Source: an uncultured phage cr125_1
Length of the DNA stretch: 40,000 nucleotides
Sequence record: NC_055900.1
Strand: one strand, 5' to 3'
Shown: one piece after another, positions 11,707 to 21,616 of the stretch
Position numbering within the stretch: position 1 is the first letter of the stretch
How the letters are laid out: each line of letters begins with the position of its first letter
Program-made: the position numbers and the translations under genes
The notes under the pieces: generated by a model
The model's database searches: none
Told to the model about the DNA's origin: nothing
What the model saw: only the letters and a program-made list of their open reading frames with translations

Positions 11707-12090
11707 TTAGTCCTCCTTAATTTTATAATATTTATCACTCAATTTATTAGCCCATTTTTCTGTATAGAAATGATAGTAGTCTTTATTCTTACACCAGCTT
11801 CTATGTATAGATGCATGAAGTATAGAAGGCAAACCTATTACTAACAGATACAATGGACCAAGATACTTACTTTGTATAGTATGCCCGTATTCATGCTTGA
11901 TAGATCTTGCATTACGAACAATTATGTATTTACCAAGAGTAATGCCTCCAGACATCCTATTAGATATCCTTACTTTAGCATTATCGTCTATCTCTGTAGT
12001 ATAACCAGGATACAAACCAAATAATACTTTACCTATTATGTTTTGAGGCAATTGCCACAAGTATAAACCTAACTTTTTTAATTTATTCAT
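11707..12090 (-). CDS. Putative zinc peptidase-like (zincin) protein, 127 aa
   Basis: HEYGH motif in ARSIKHEYGHTIQSKYLG; located between portal and the double-zincin gene. Confidence 0.6.
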   Translation of the reverse strand: MNKLKKLGLYLWQLPQNIIGKVLFGLYPGYTTEIDDNAKVRISNRMSGGITLGKYIIVRNARSIKHEYGHTIQSKYLGPLYLLVIGLPSILHASIHRSWCKNKDYYHFYTEKWANKLSDKYYKIKED

Positions 12091-12091
12091 A

Positions 12092-14602
12092 TTACTTCTC
12101 TCCTACTACTTTATTTGCTTTAGCTGTCTTTGCCTTTAATCTTTCACGTTCCATTGCAGCTTTATCTTTCTACTTCTGTAACTCCATCTCTTGCTTCATT
12201 TTATCCTTTTCAAGTTGAATCTTCTTATTTTCAATTTCACGTTTCATTTCCATTTCACGTCTCTTGTTATTAAATTCAAATTGTTTAGAAGCAATGTCAG
12301 AATTTACTTTCTATTGTTCAATAGCTTGTTTGCCTATTTCTATAGGATCAGGTATGCCATTATTATCTTGATCCATATCTTCAACACCTCTATAAGCATT
12401 CAATTGAGCAACAGTAATCTTAGTAGCATTATTAGAATCAATTTCATACTTCTTAAGATCCATTTCAGCTTCTTTAAGCATCAACTCTTCTTCTTTAATC
12501 TCATTCTGCATTTGAGCCATCTGTTGTTCACGTTCAGCCTGAGCTTGTTCCATCTACTGCTGCTGTTCCATACGTTTTTGTTCGATCTCTTCAAGACGGC
12601 CTTTGATCATACTTATATTATCCATAGTAATGATCTCAGCAATATCAAGTAGACTAGCTCCATTCTACATAGCAGGTTGCATAAGTTGCTTAAGAGCTTC
12701 AACTTGCTGTTGATTCTTAGTAGTATCATCAACAAATATATCCATATCTTCATAGAAGAAATCATCAGATAATGATATAAAGGCTCTAGTGGCATCATCA
12801 AGTATATAATGTAAACAACGCTTATTACCCTTCCATGCTACTTTTGATGTATCTAATAGCATAGTAAGTGCCTCACGTTTTACCTAATTGTGAACCCAAA
12901 ACCAAGGCTCAGTAATATGAGCAGATTGTACTACAGAACGTTCAACATTGCCTACTAGCTCATTAGACGCAATAGAACCTTCACGTTGCTTACTTACTCC
13001 TGATATCTCTGACACCATGTCTTCGATCTTATTCATAAGATTGATATACTAGTCTATAGTACTAGCCATAGTCAAATCAAGAGAAGTAAACTGATTGAAT
13101 TGAGATGGTTTACCACCTTCTCTACCAGGTATATCCCAGCCTTCTTCGTAAGGATTGATAAATGCTACACCTAAAGCACCTAAGTAATGCATCCACTTAT
13201 TGACATCAATACCCATAGACTTAGGTATCTAAGTAACGTCAATAACAGGTACTTTACCTTTGTCTCTAGCCATAGCTAATTCGAGTCTATACCATAACAC
13301 AATGTACATATATTGCAATGGCTTCATCATACTTACTAATGATCTAGGAGAACTATTAGTATTGTTATATACTACTCCAGTATATGGTAATTTCTATGAG
13401 TTAAGATTATCAGCAGATATATGTTGGTACTCAAGAGGTTGTATTCCTATATATAAATCTTCACCAACTCTATAACCTTCCCATACTTCAATGATCCAAG
13501 ACCATTCTACGTTTAGCTCGAAACCTGTAACTTTATAGGATTCATCTACTTGTACTTCATCAATCTCGCCAGTTTCAGGGTCCTAATAAGTGATGAATCC
13601 TATTTTCTTAAATGACTTCCAGCAGCAGTGCCATACATTAATATTATCACTACCTTCAAATGGATTAGAACTAAGACTGTTAATACTATGAGTTTTAATA
13701 TGAGGATAATCTAACGAAGACTTTCTCATCTCAGGATTAATACCTCCTCTACTAGTATCTTCAATCATCTCTAGTAATTCATTCAATTGACTTTCTGACA
13801 TTTTGTCATAGAATCTGTCATATATCTCAGTAGCTGACATAATCATCTTACGACAACACCAATCTGAATCATGTATGAATTCTAAGTCAGCACTCTAGTC
13901 ATAACTAAAGTATAATGGATTTACTCTCTCTAAATATGGGTCTCCATTAACAATACCGACATAGTATATCTCTTCTCCAGCTATTAATGCGTCTTTCCAG
14001 CCCTTATAAAACTCGTGAGTTATATTTAGCTTATTCTTTAAGTAATTAAGACTATGATAGGCTGTAGTTTCTGCTATGTCTTTATAGTCTTTATTTAAGT
14101 ATTTCTGTATCTACTCAGGAGGGAGTATTTCTCCAGACTATATGGCTTGTTGGAATCGCATTGCTTCCTCCTAACCCATATTAGCAGTAATCATACCCAT
14201 GATATAGTCAGTAAGCATCTGCTTAGCTTTCTCCTACATTTCACTAGTAGCATTATCACTAGTACGTACTACTTTAAAGTTAAATGGTCTTTTAGTCTCT
14301 TCCCCTAGTAGTAAATCTATCTTTGGTTTAATTATGTTGTAATCCTAAGCAGTAGCAGGGAATCCGTCTTTCTATTTAAATGGATTAGTGACATATAAGA
14401 GATCTTTTTCATTATAGATACTATTGTATAAATCATAGTATGTTTGCATCTCTTCATATCTAGTACGTCCATTGTTTCCACCACCATTGCTAAATCCAGA
14501 TTTCCCGATAATATAGTCAACGCAGTTCTCTTTCCATTCCTTTGTCTTCTTAGACATAGGTAATTTCTAAACTGGAAACGAACCAATATTTTTACTTATC
14601 AT
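12092..14602 (-). CDS. Portal protein, crAss-like, 836 aa, many in-frame TAGs
   Basis: MISKNIGSFPV[TAG]KLPMSKKTKEWKENCVDYI...; ORFs 14372..14557, 13583..13846, 12665..12862 and 12311..12553 all lie in one frame separated by TAG; Gln/Glu-rich C-terminus; adjacent to TerL; 2511 nt. Confidence 0.8.
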
Positions 14603-14608
14603 ATTATG

Positions 14609-16654
14609 TTAATTAAATGTATATACATCTTCTTCGACTTGATCATAGTTATCGTCATAACTATAATTACTATAAGTAAATAAGGGACCGTCGAATAGTA
14701 GTCTTTCCCTATTACTTTTTTTCTTCTCTTTAACAACTACATTGTATAGTTGTTCCCTATAAATCATTACTTGCATCAACGCCATCACTCGGTCAAAGTT
14801 ACCTATATCATTATAACCTATAAGTTCTTCTAATAGCGGTTCTGATAATATATCGTGTAGATTCTTATGACCAGGAGATTTCTCATCGTTAAGCCAGTCT
14901 TTAATCAATCCTTCTCCCCATTGTTTGATCTACTTGTTCATGTGACATCCTTTCTTTCGCTGCACTTTCGAATTGCTAACAATATCAGATATAATGTCTG
15001 GCTAATCAGCCAAAAGATAATCACAATGTTTAGCAGTAAAATATGGAAACAAGCCTTTACGCTCATTTTCATACATAATCCTACCGTTGTAATAAACTGC
15101 TAATTTACGTAAGTTTTCATAGTATTCTTCAGCTGTAGCAGGTCTTCCAGTATACTCTGCTACGATTATATCATAGTAATTTTCAAAGCCCTAGAAACGC
15201 TTATAAACAAATGTAGAACCTAATGAATTAGTACCAGATTGATCATGATCATAAGGGTCTACTCCTAGTATATATAACCCAATAGGAGCATCCTACACAG
15301 GGTGTTCCCATATTACTATAGAACCAGTAGGATCATCATCTTTATTAAGAGGATAATGGTTAATATCTCCTTGTTTCTTTACTATCCATTTAAGAGATCC
15401 ATCAGATTCCCATACTAGATCTCCTACCTATTTGTGGTTAGTAAGTTTTTTATTAGTACGTATTTTGGCTAACTACTCCTGTAACTCTTTCTTAGGGAAT
15501 ATATTACCGTTGAATTCAAGACATGCTTCTGCTGGAGTAATAGGACGTTCAGCTACATACCTATCTACTGCTACAGAACTAGTTGAATTCTATATTACTA
15601 TTTTACGTTCCTCTAGTATATGTGCACGTGCTTTAATAGTAAGAGTATTACCATCTTCATCCATATACAAACGCTTACCATTTTCATCACGTAAGTCCAT
15701 ATTTGTATACTGAGGTATAAAGAATCCACACTTAGTATTCTATACGTTTTCATCCCATATATTATCTAGACTTAGGCAATTATAACCATCAGGATGATAG
15801 AACATATCTTTTAGAGTGGCAAAGTTAGAGTCTTCGTCGCCACCTGTACCGTATGCAATCATAGTACCAAATGCTTTACCATCTACTTCTACAGAAGGTC
15901 TAGCAATCTGCCATGCTGCGCTTAACTCCTTGAAAGAACCAGCTTCCTCAAACATGATAAGATTAGCTAATTTACCACGTACTACATCAGGATTGTCTTT
16001 CAAAGTAACTCCAATGATTTCAGACTTATAACCTACTTCTATTTGATTGCCATATTCGTCTTTGATAAGCATACCAGCACGTCTACGCATCTGAGTATTA
16101 ACACTACGTTTCTTACCCCACGCAGTATGCTCATCAATAAAGTCCATGTAGTCCCAAGCTTTAGTAAGTACACCATCATCAGTCAAATATTGCTTATTTG
16201 AGGCATATACATATGACTTAGAGTTAGGTATTAAATAGTAGTTACGACATAACATAGAGCCTGCTTTATATGAATAACCTTTACGTCTAGACTTTAATAC
16301 ACATAGATGTTTACCTTCTATTTTAGCTTCATCTACACATTGAAAATAGTAATAGTCATAATCCCAGAAATCAGGAAATGTAACTTCACGAGTAGTTACC
16401 CATTTACCATTAACCTACTTATTCACAGATCTATTGATAGGGCAGTAGTTTAAATAAAAATAGTTATACCCACTGATATAGTCTCCATCATCAGCAGTAT
16501 AACCATCAATACATTTATCCGCTTCTGCCTACCAGAAACGCATATATTCGGCCGTACCTTTAGGGTACGGACAATATGAGCCAGTTGCTATAAACTATAG
16601 CGCTGGCTTTCTGAATTTATTAGAAAATTTAATTTTTTTAGTAAAATCAACCAT
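14609..16654 (-). CDS. terL: Terminase large subunit (TerL), 681 aa, at least 11 in-frame TAGs
   Basis: MVDFTKKIKFSNKFRKPAL[TAG]FIATGSYCPYPKGTAEY...DYYYFQCVDEAKIEGKHLCVLKSRRKGYSYKAGSMLCRNY...LIMFEEAGSF...LGVDPYDHDQSG...; 2046 nt with no TAA/TGA found in frame. Confidence 0.88.
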
Positions 16655-16667
16655 GTGATATTATTTA

Positions 16668-16706
16668 AAAAAGGGGCGCGTTTCACAACGAACCCCTTTT
16701 ACTTAC
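16668..16706 (-). terminator. Rho-independent terminator-like hairpin
   Basis: - strand AAAAGGGGTTCGTTGTGAAACGCGCCCCTTTTTT, between the tRNA/HNH cluster and TerL. Confidence 0.55.
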
Positions 16707-16745
16707 TTTATTAAATCTTTAAACTTTTAATTTATGACAAACTTG

Positions 16746-16815
16746 TTGCGGATCCTCGACTCGAACGGGAACTTATGGTTATGAGCCATACGAGATGCCA
16801 TTTCTCCAATCCGCA
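16746..16815 (-). tRNA. tRNA with CAT anticodon (Met, or Ile2)
   Basis: TGCGGAT-TG-GAG-AAATGGCAT-CTC-G-TATGG-CTCATAA-CCATA-AGT-TCCCG-TTCGAGT-CGAGG-ATCCGCA-A; anticodon loop CTCATAA; one mismatch in T stem. Confidence 0.85.
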
Positions 16816-16916
16816 GTACACAGGATTATGCGTGACTCCTGTTAACACGCTGGCTTACGATCCAGTCCTTCATTAGCTGTATTTACTATTGATCAGATAG
16901 CAAGTGACTTAGGCGG

Positions 16917-17384
16917 TTACGATGCCTCTACTAAAGGCCCACTATATTTAGAATAATAATGTAATTTTCTATGACAATTAGCGCATAGAACTATACACTT
17001 ATCTATTTCTTCTTTTAGAGTAGATTCACTGCAATCCTATTTAGCAGCTATAGTAAATTTTTTTTCTTTTACGTGATGAAAATCTAAGCAAGCTATATCT
17101 TTTTCTCCGCATAATACACATCCAGACTATTTCATCTAGTTTTTTAATTCCTTATTAATCTATTTATACTAGTCTTTTCTATGTCTTATTCGTTCTCTGT
17201 TAGCATTAAAATGTTTATAGTAACTTATTCTTTTATCTTCTTTAATACATTCTTTACACCTAGCTTGCAGAGTATTTCTTGCTTTATTTTTAACTCCAAA
17301 AGAGCTTAACGGTAATTCCTTACCACATTTACTACACGTCTTTGTATCCATAATATTAGAAAAATTATTATGCACCTCTAACAT
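16917..17384 (-). CDS. HNH endonuclease, 155 aa, five in-frame TAGs
   Basis: MDTKTCSKCGKELPLSSF...RHRKD[TAG]YK[TAG]INKELKN[TAG]MK[TAG]SGCVLCGEKDIACLDFHHVKEKKFTIAAK[TAG]DCSESTLKEEIDKCIVLCANCHRKLHYY...EAS*; 468 nt from the first ATG. Confidence 0.8.
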
Positions 17385-17391
17385 GCATTAT

Positions 17392-17465
17392 TGGTAGTCG
17401 CATTCCGATTCGAACGGAAACTTAGAATTTTAGAGATTCCAGTGCTGCCTTTACACCATGCGACA
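17392..17465 (-). tRNA. Amber-decoding tRNA (anticodon CTA), Gln-like architecture
   Basis: TGTCGCA-TG-GTG-TAAAGGCAG-CAC-T-GGAAT-CTCTAAA-ATTCT-AAGT-TTCCG-TTCGAAT-CGGAA-TGCGACT-A-CCA; complete cloverleaf, encoded CCA, anticodon CTA at 17431..17433 (complement). Confidence 0.92.
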
Positions 17466-17509
17466 ATGAGGAGGATTTCTTTAAAGACGCATCCTCAGAC
17501 GTCACTGAA

Positions 17510-17722
17510 TTATTTCTTAAACCAACTTTTGATACGTTTGGTAACTCGCTTCAACCATGGTTGTGCTACCTTACGTGCAGCTTCACATTCTGCAATAGCT
17601 TCTTCCACTGTCTTAGTTTCGTCTGTTAAATCGACAATTACATCCGGCATTTCAATATTCTTCTTCATAATCTCTTTGTTTGTCTTGTTAAACGTTGTTG
17701 TTATTTTTTTGTATTCATTCAA
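17510..17722 (-). CDS. Hypothetical protein, 70 aa
   Basis: Intact ORF MNEYKKITTTFNKTNKEIMKKNIEMPDVIVDLTDETK..., stop TAA. Confidence 0.5.
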   Translation of the reverse strand: MNEYKKITTTFNKTNKEIMKKNIEMPDVIVDLTDETKTVEEAIAECEAARKVAQPWLKRVTKRIKSWFKK

Positions 17723-17724
17723 TG

Positions 17725-18264
17725 TTATTTTCTAACATTCTGTGGTAATTCAAATGGGTTAATTTGAGCGTCACCTTTAACTTTAGTAGTATTGATTTCT
17801 CCAGCTTTAACCGCTTTCTCCAAGAAATCTATAGTAACATAAGTATCTTTTACTTTACCAAATCCAGCTAAGTATTTCTCTATCTTCTTTTCATCTAATT
17901 CTTCATCTAGACTATCTTTGTAATACTTAGTAAATGTATCTAGTTTCAATCTAATGCTATCTAACATAGCTAAAGTACGAGTATACTGGAGGTGTTTATA
18001 TGACTCTTCTGCTATTATTTCATCTGCAGTAAGTTGGTAATCTGGAGCTAGGAACTCTGTCTTTAGAGCTGATTCTAATGTATCAGCAGGCATACTAAGT
18101 ACGTATGGGCTATCCCATTTATTCTTAAACACTATATAACTTATTACTGCAATAGCATGCTGTTTATCTGCTTTATCTTTTTCCCATATCTTCTTAAATG
18201 CAGGAATAGCAAGAGCCTCCTCGTGTATAGTAACATTACCACCTATTATATCAAATAGTTTCAT
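17725..18264 (-). CDS. Hypothetical protein, 179 aa
   Basis: Intact ORF, stop TAA, co-directional in gene array. Confidence 0.7.
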   Translation of the reverse strand: MKLFDIIGGNVTIHEEALAIPAFKKIWEKDKADKQHAIAVISYIVFKNKWDSPYVLSMPADTLESALKTEFLAPDYQLTADEIIAEESYKHLQYTRTLAMLDSIRLKLDTFTKYYKDSLDEELDEKKIEKYLAGFGKVKDTYVTIDFLEKAVKAGEINTTKVKGDAQINPFELPQNVRK

Positions 18265-18278
18265 TGTGCTGAATTACA

Positions 18279-18617
18279 TTAGGCCTTTTCACAATCACAA
18301 GTCTGTTCGGAACTATCATTATTGTTTTTATTTTCTTTATACTTTTTCCGTTCTGTTTCAATTATAACTGCTAAATCATCTACAGTACTAAATACTACTG
18401 GTCGTTCGCAATGAAAATCACCATATGCATCAAGATAAGCAACAATTTGGCCTTTCTTATAAGGTATGTAACCATCTTTAGTATATACTCTGCCGTCTTC
18501 TTTAGCAATGTATATGTAACGTAATACTATATTATCATCTCGTTGGCTAAATGTTATATCTTCTGTATTGTTACTTTTAATTATATATTCAAAAGTACGT
18601 CCAATTAAGTGTTCCAT
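18279..18617 (-). CDS. Hypothetical protein, 112 aa
   Basis: Intact ORF MEHLIGRTFEYIIKSNNTEDITFSQRDDN..., stop TAA. Confidence 0.65.
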   Translation of the reverse strand: MEHLIGRTFEYIIKSNNTEDITFSQRDDNIVLRYIYIAKEDGRVYTKDGYIPYKKGQIVAYLDAYGDFHCERPVVFSTVDDLAVIIETERKKYKENKNNNDSSEQTCDCEKA

Positions 18618-18619
18618 AA

Positions 18620-18790
18620 TTAATCAATTCTATAATCTGTATAATACTCTTTCTTTAATCTTGCTAGTATCACTCTAGCCTGCATTTCTGAACAATTTGG
18701 ATTAACGTATTCAGGATTATTCTGATACTTCTCCAGCATCTTCTGATATATCGCTATCTCTTGTTCTAGACTCTCCTTCGTTATGTTCAT
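18620..18790 (-). CDS. Small protein, 56 aa, overlapping the DUF5664-like gene out of frame
   Basis: MNITKESLEQEIAIYQKMLEKYQNNPEYVNPNCSEMQARVILARLKKEYYTDYRID*; fills the gap between 18617 and 18717; absent from the supplied ORF track. Confidence 0.55.
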   Translation of the reverse strand: MNITKESLEQEIAIYQKMLEKYQNNPEYVNPNCSEMQARVILARLKKEYYTDYRID

Positions 18791-19166
18791 ACTTATCAAT
18801 ATTATCTAATATTGAATTACAACAATCTATCTTCTCCTCAATACGTTTGTCTAAAGCTTTGATTAGATTTTCTGGCGTCTTATGTTTAGAGTGGTACAGC
18901 ATCGCTATTGCATTCCAAGCTACCTGTGCAAGATGTCTACAACCGGTTTCGCTGTCTATCTCCTCTCCTTTTTCGAATAGTACTAGATGTCTAAATAACG
19001 CGGCTTTATATCTATCATAACCATTATCAAGTAACTGCCATGAATTATCTGAGTACTTTTTAGCTCCTTCAGTATATACTTTAACGATGTCTTCGATTTC
19101 TTTTAGAGGAAGTAAATCCCATCTAAGTTTGTCATCTTTAAAGTCATTCTTCATTCCTTTGTTCAT
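18717..19166 (-). CDS. DUF5664-like dATP/dGTP diphosphohydrolase-type protein
   Basis: KDDKLRWDLLPLKEIEDIVKVYTEGAKKYSDNSWQLLDNGYDRYKAALFRHLVLFEKGEEIDSETGCRHLAQVAWNAIAMLY matches the recognisable family pattern. Confidence 0.75.
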   Translation of the reverse strand: MNKGMKNDFKDDKLRWDLLPLKEIEDIVKVYTEGAKKYSDNSWQLLDNGYDRYKAALFRHLVLFEKGEEIDSETGCRHLAQVAWNAIAMLYHSKHKTPENLIKALDKRIEEKIDCCNSILDNIDKYEHNEGESRTRDSDISEDAGEVSE

Positions 19167-19422
19167 ACTTATCTATTATGCTTTGACAAATCTTATTCAC
19201 TAACTCCTCTCTAACTTCTACAGTAGACTCATCAGCCTCTTCTGGTACATTTTGTTGAAAGACTTCTATGAAAACATTAATAAATTCTTCATAAGTTAGA
19301 CGGTCGTTTTCAATCTCTTTCTCTACTACATCAAACATGTCACTCATTATCTTAGGACCTTGTTTAGCTCCTTCTTTCTCTAGCTGGAGTAAAGCTAGCG
19401 ATGTTTCTTTATCCATTCTCAT
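19144..19422 (-). CDS. Hypothetical protein, 92 aa
   Basis: Intact ORF, stop TGA, overlapping start of neighbour. Confidence 0.6.
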   Translation of the reverse strand: MRMDKETSLALLQLEKEGAKQGPKIMSDMFDVVEKEIENDRLTYEEFINVFIEVFQQNVPEEADESTVEVREELVNKICQSIIDKYEQRNEE

Positions 19423-19843
19423 CTTTATTATCTCTTATATAGTCTATCATGTATTGACCTATCTTACCTGCTATGAAGCCTACTAAATAGGCATATGGCT
19501 CATTGCCTCTATCGTAACCTTCTCCGTATGCACCAATGAAGTCATATATAGCATCTGCTCCATGTACAGATTCGTGAGCTACTACATCAAAGTCAAAGTC
19601 AGTTATACCTTTTATATCTACGTCTATTAGAATTAGTATTCCTTTCTTCTTAGTCTTCTTTTCTATTACCACAAATGTAACCCCACCTTTATTAGTTGGA
19701 CTAGTTGGAGTACCAGGATTATCATTATTCATATCTGCTATACTAGCATAGTAATAAAATCTAGATTTATACTTATCAAAATACTCTAAAGTAGATACCC
19801 ATAAATATGCAGGATATAATCCTATGTCATAACATCTAATCAT
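19409..19843 (-). CDS. Small zincin-like protein with HESVH motif, 144 aa
   Basis: VVAHESVHGADAIYDFIGAYGEGYDRGNEPYAYLVGFIAGKI resembles phage metallopeptidase-like proteins (HExxH followed by downstream Glu). Confidence 0.55.
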   Translation of the reverse strand: MIRCYDIGLYPAYLWVSTLEYFDKYKSRFYYYASIADMNNDNPGTPTSPTNKGGVTFVVIEKKTKKKGILILIDVDIKGITDFDFDVVAHESVHGADAIYDFIGAYGEGYDRGNEPYAYLVGFIAGKIGQYMIDYIRDNKDENG

Positions 19844-20096
19844 CTTTTATCACTTTATAAATATTTGCTATAGCTTTATTACTAAGTAAGTACAGATATA
19901 AATAAACCTCATCCGTCATCTTATAGATCGTATTAGGAGTAACTATTTCACAAGACGAATCAATTAATCGTACTTCACAAGTATCTTTATTACCAGTAGG
20001 ATAGGATAACTTATAATATATCATATATTCGATAAGTTCTGTAATTACATCGTATTCTGGTAGCTTACTCAGTCTAATTATCTTCCTATCTTTCAT
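19836..20096 (-). CDS. Hypothetical protein, 86 aa (ends TAG; 89 aa ending TGA if TAG is sense)
   Basis: ...NIYKVIKDD[TAG]ML TGA; stop identity ambiguous. Confidence 0.55.
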   Translation of the reverse strand: MKDRKIIRLSKLPEYDVITELIEYMIYYKLSYPTGNKDTCEVRLIDSSCEIVTPNTIYKMTDEVYLYLYLLSNKAIANIYKVIKDD

Positions 20097-20242
20097 GATT
20101 CTTCTTTATCTTTATTTTACCCAAGTAAGTAAACATTAAAGGCCTTTGATCTCTTTGGCTTATCTTTCTATTAGCAAATAAGAAAGGATGAATACATATT
20201 GTTTTTATTATCTAAGTAGGTAAATTGTATTTCTAGCTTAAC

Positions 20243-20674
20243 TCAGAAAATATATTCACTCCAGTTTGCTTCATCTGATAATTCCTTAATATTATAGTAT
20301 TTATTATCAAGGAAAGCGTTTAAGTTATTTTTACCCTCAAATGTATCAGGTCTAACACAGTTTATAGCTATGAATAAGTCTGATACTGTTGCCTTATCAG
20401 AAGATAACCAGTCACCTTCTTCTTTCTTAGAAGAGTCAATAATAGTATTCAGTCTTTTAAGCTCTTTCTTACTATAAGCCTTTTTAGGCTCTGCTATTAC
20501 TGCGTCTCTATGCTCTCCATGAATGTTAATCAAATCACAGTCAGTAGTAAAGATGGTAAATCTGTTAAATTTGAGTTCTTTCTTTACTAACTTATACCAC
20601 AGTTTAACTATCCAATTATAATCCCTTTGTAATAAGATAGAACCAGGTTTTATTGTCATATATTCTATATTCAT
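20243..20674 (-). CDS. Hypothetical protein, 143 aa
   Basis: Intact ORF MNIEYMTIKPGSILLQRDYNWIVKLWYKLVKKELKFNRFTIF...; fold not assignable with confidence. Confidence 0.6.
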   Translation of the reverse strand: MNIEYMTIKPGSILLQRDYNWIVKLWYKLVKKELKFNRFTIFTTDCDLINIHGEHRDAVIAEPKKAYSKKELKRLNTIIDSSKKEEGDWLSSDKATVSDLFIAINCVRPDTFEGKNNLNAFLDNKYYNIKELSDEANWSEYIF

Positions 20675-20675
20675 G

Positions 20676-21047
20676 TTATTCTTTTTCTAATCGTAATACG
20701 ATTGTTAATTGTACTCTATCACCAATCACTTCAGGTATCAATGCTGGGTTTACTACCCATTCATCGTCTGCTTTACCTTTTATAATCAGACCTTTATCTT
20801 TTAATCTTCCTATATATCTACTTAGGTTATCACTAGTAATGCCTGTTGCGGCTTTTAGATAACGTCTGTTTTCTGTACTTATAACATTCTTACTATAACC
20901 AGGGAGCTTAGGAGTATTTATATCTATACCAATGAGTAATATCATTATATCCTGCTCCCTGTCAGTAAGCTAAAGTACACCATCAAGTGATTTGAGGAAT
21001 TCTCGATAAAGATCCGCTTTCTTAACGGTCTTTACAAGTTTATTCAT
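20676..21047 (-). CDS. Putative winged-helix DNA-binding protein, 123 aa, one in-frame TAG
   Basis: MNKLVKTVKKADLYREFLKSLDGVL[TAG]LTDREQDIMILLIGIDINTPKLPGYSKNVISTENRRYLKAATGITSDNLSRYIGRLKDKGLIIK...; HTH-like segment; 372 nt. Confidence 0.6.
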
Positions 21048-21459
21048 TAATAATGTCTTTGATTGTATTTAATACTTTAGTAAGATTGTAGTATACAGTA
21101 TCTGCTTCTACCTTAACACAAGTAGGAATCTCCTGATCATTATAAGCTTCATTCATCTGTTTATGATCCTCTTCATACTTAGTAAGTAAGTCATCAATAG
21201 TAGACTCAATCTTAGTAAGCTTATCTGATAACTCTTCAATTAGCATATCATCACAGCTACATTCATCTTCGTTCTCAATACGAATTACATAACCATCATC
21301 TGCATATTCTTCACAAGTTTGTTCATCCATAAACATTGCACGTTCACTATTGTCATCCTTGTAATTAAATTCAAACATCATAGTATCGTCGTTCCAAGTA
21401 AGGATATCACCTTTTTTAGCACATGCAAACTCTTTAACTACTTTATATTTCATACTCAT
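21040..21459 (-). CDS. Hypothetical acidic protein, 139 aa
   Basis: Intact ORF, stop TAA overlapping the next gene. Confidence 0.65.
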   Translation of the reverse strand: MSMKYKVVKEFACAKKGDILTWNDDTMMFEFNYKDDNSERAMFMDEQTCEEYADDGYVIRIENEDECSCDDMLIEELSDKLTKIESTIDDLLTKYEEDHKQMNEAYNDQEIPTCVKVEADTVYYNLTKVLNTIKDIINE

Positions 21460-21559
21460 AATAATTATTATTTAGTTGGTTTAATTGTTGTTACAATTAT
21501 ATAAACGAGAATTGTTAAAAAGGTATTAATATTTTAACATTTGTTAACTGTAAATATAA

Positions 21560-21590
21560 AGAAAAAGGCTAGATCCTCAGACCTAGCCTT
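21560..21590 (-). terminator. Rho-independent terminator
   Basis: - strand AAGGCTAGGTCTGAGGATCTAGCCTTTTTC, 8-bp stem plus T run, downstream of 21617..21976. Confidence 0.75.
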
Positions 21591-21616
21591 CCACAACAAC
21601 ATTAAACGCATTAATA

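Noticed and set aside
12191-12652. + strand ORF of 153 aa (MLHFILFKLNLLIFNF...)
   Set aside because: Antisense to the portal gene and of low-complexity F/L composition, an artefact of the opposite-strand coding sequence.
14332-14586. - strand ORF 84 aa MVRFQFRNYLC...
   Set aside because: Alternate frame over the portal N-terminus; the portal frame has coherent sequence and consistent length.
16816-16916. Possible extra tRNA between tRNA(CAT) and the HNH gene
   Set aside because: A GCGTG/CACGC hairpin is present but no T-arm consensus or full cloverleaf could be drawn.
9230-17384. Interpretation of the TAG-broken region as decayed pseudogenes
   Set aside because: The breaks are almost exclusively TAG, not TAA/TGA or frameshifts (one exception at about 10560), and reconstructed frames have intact motifs and proper ends.
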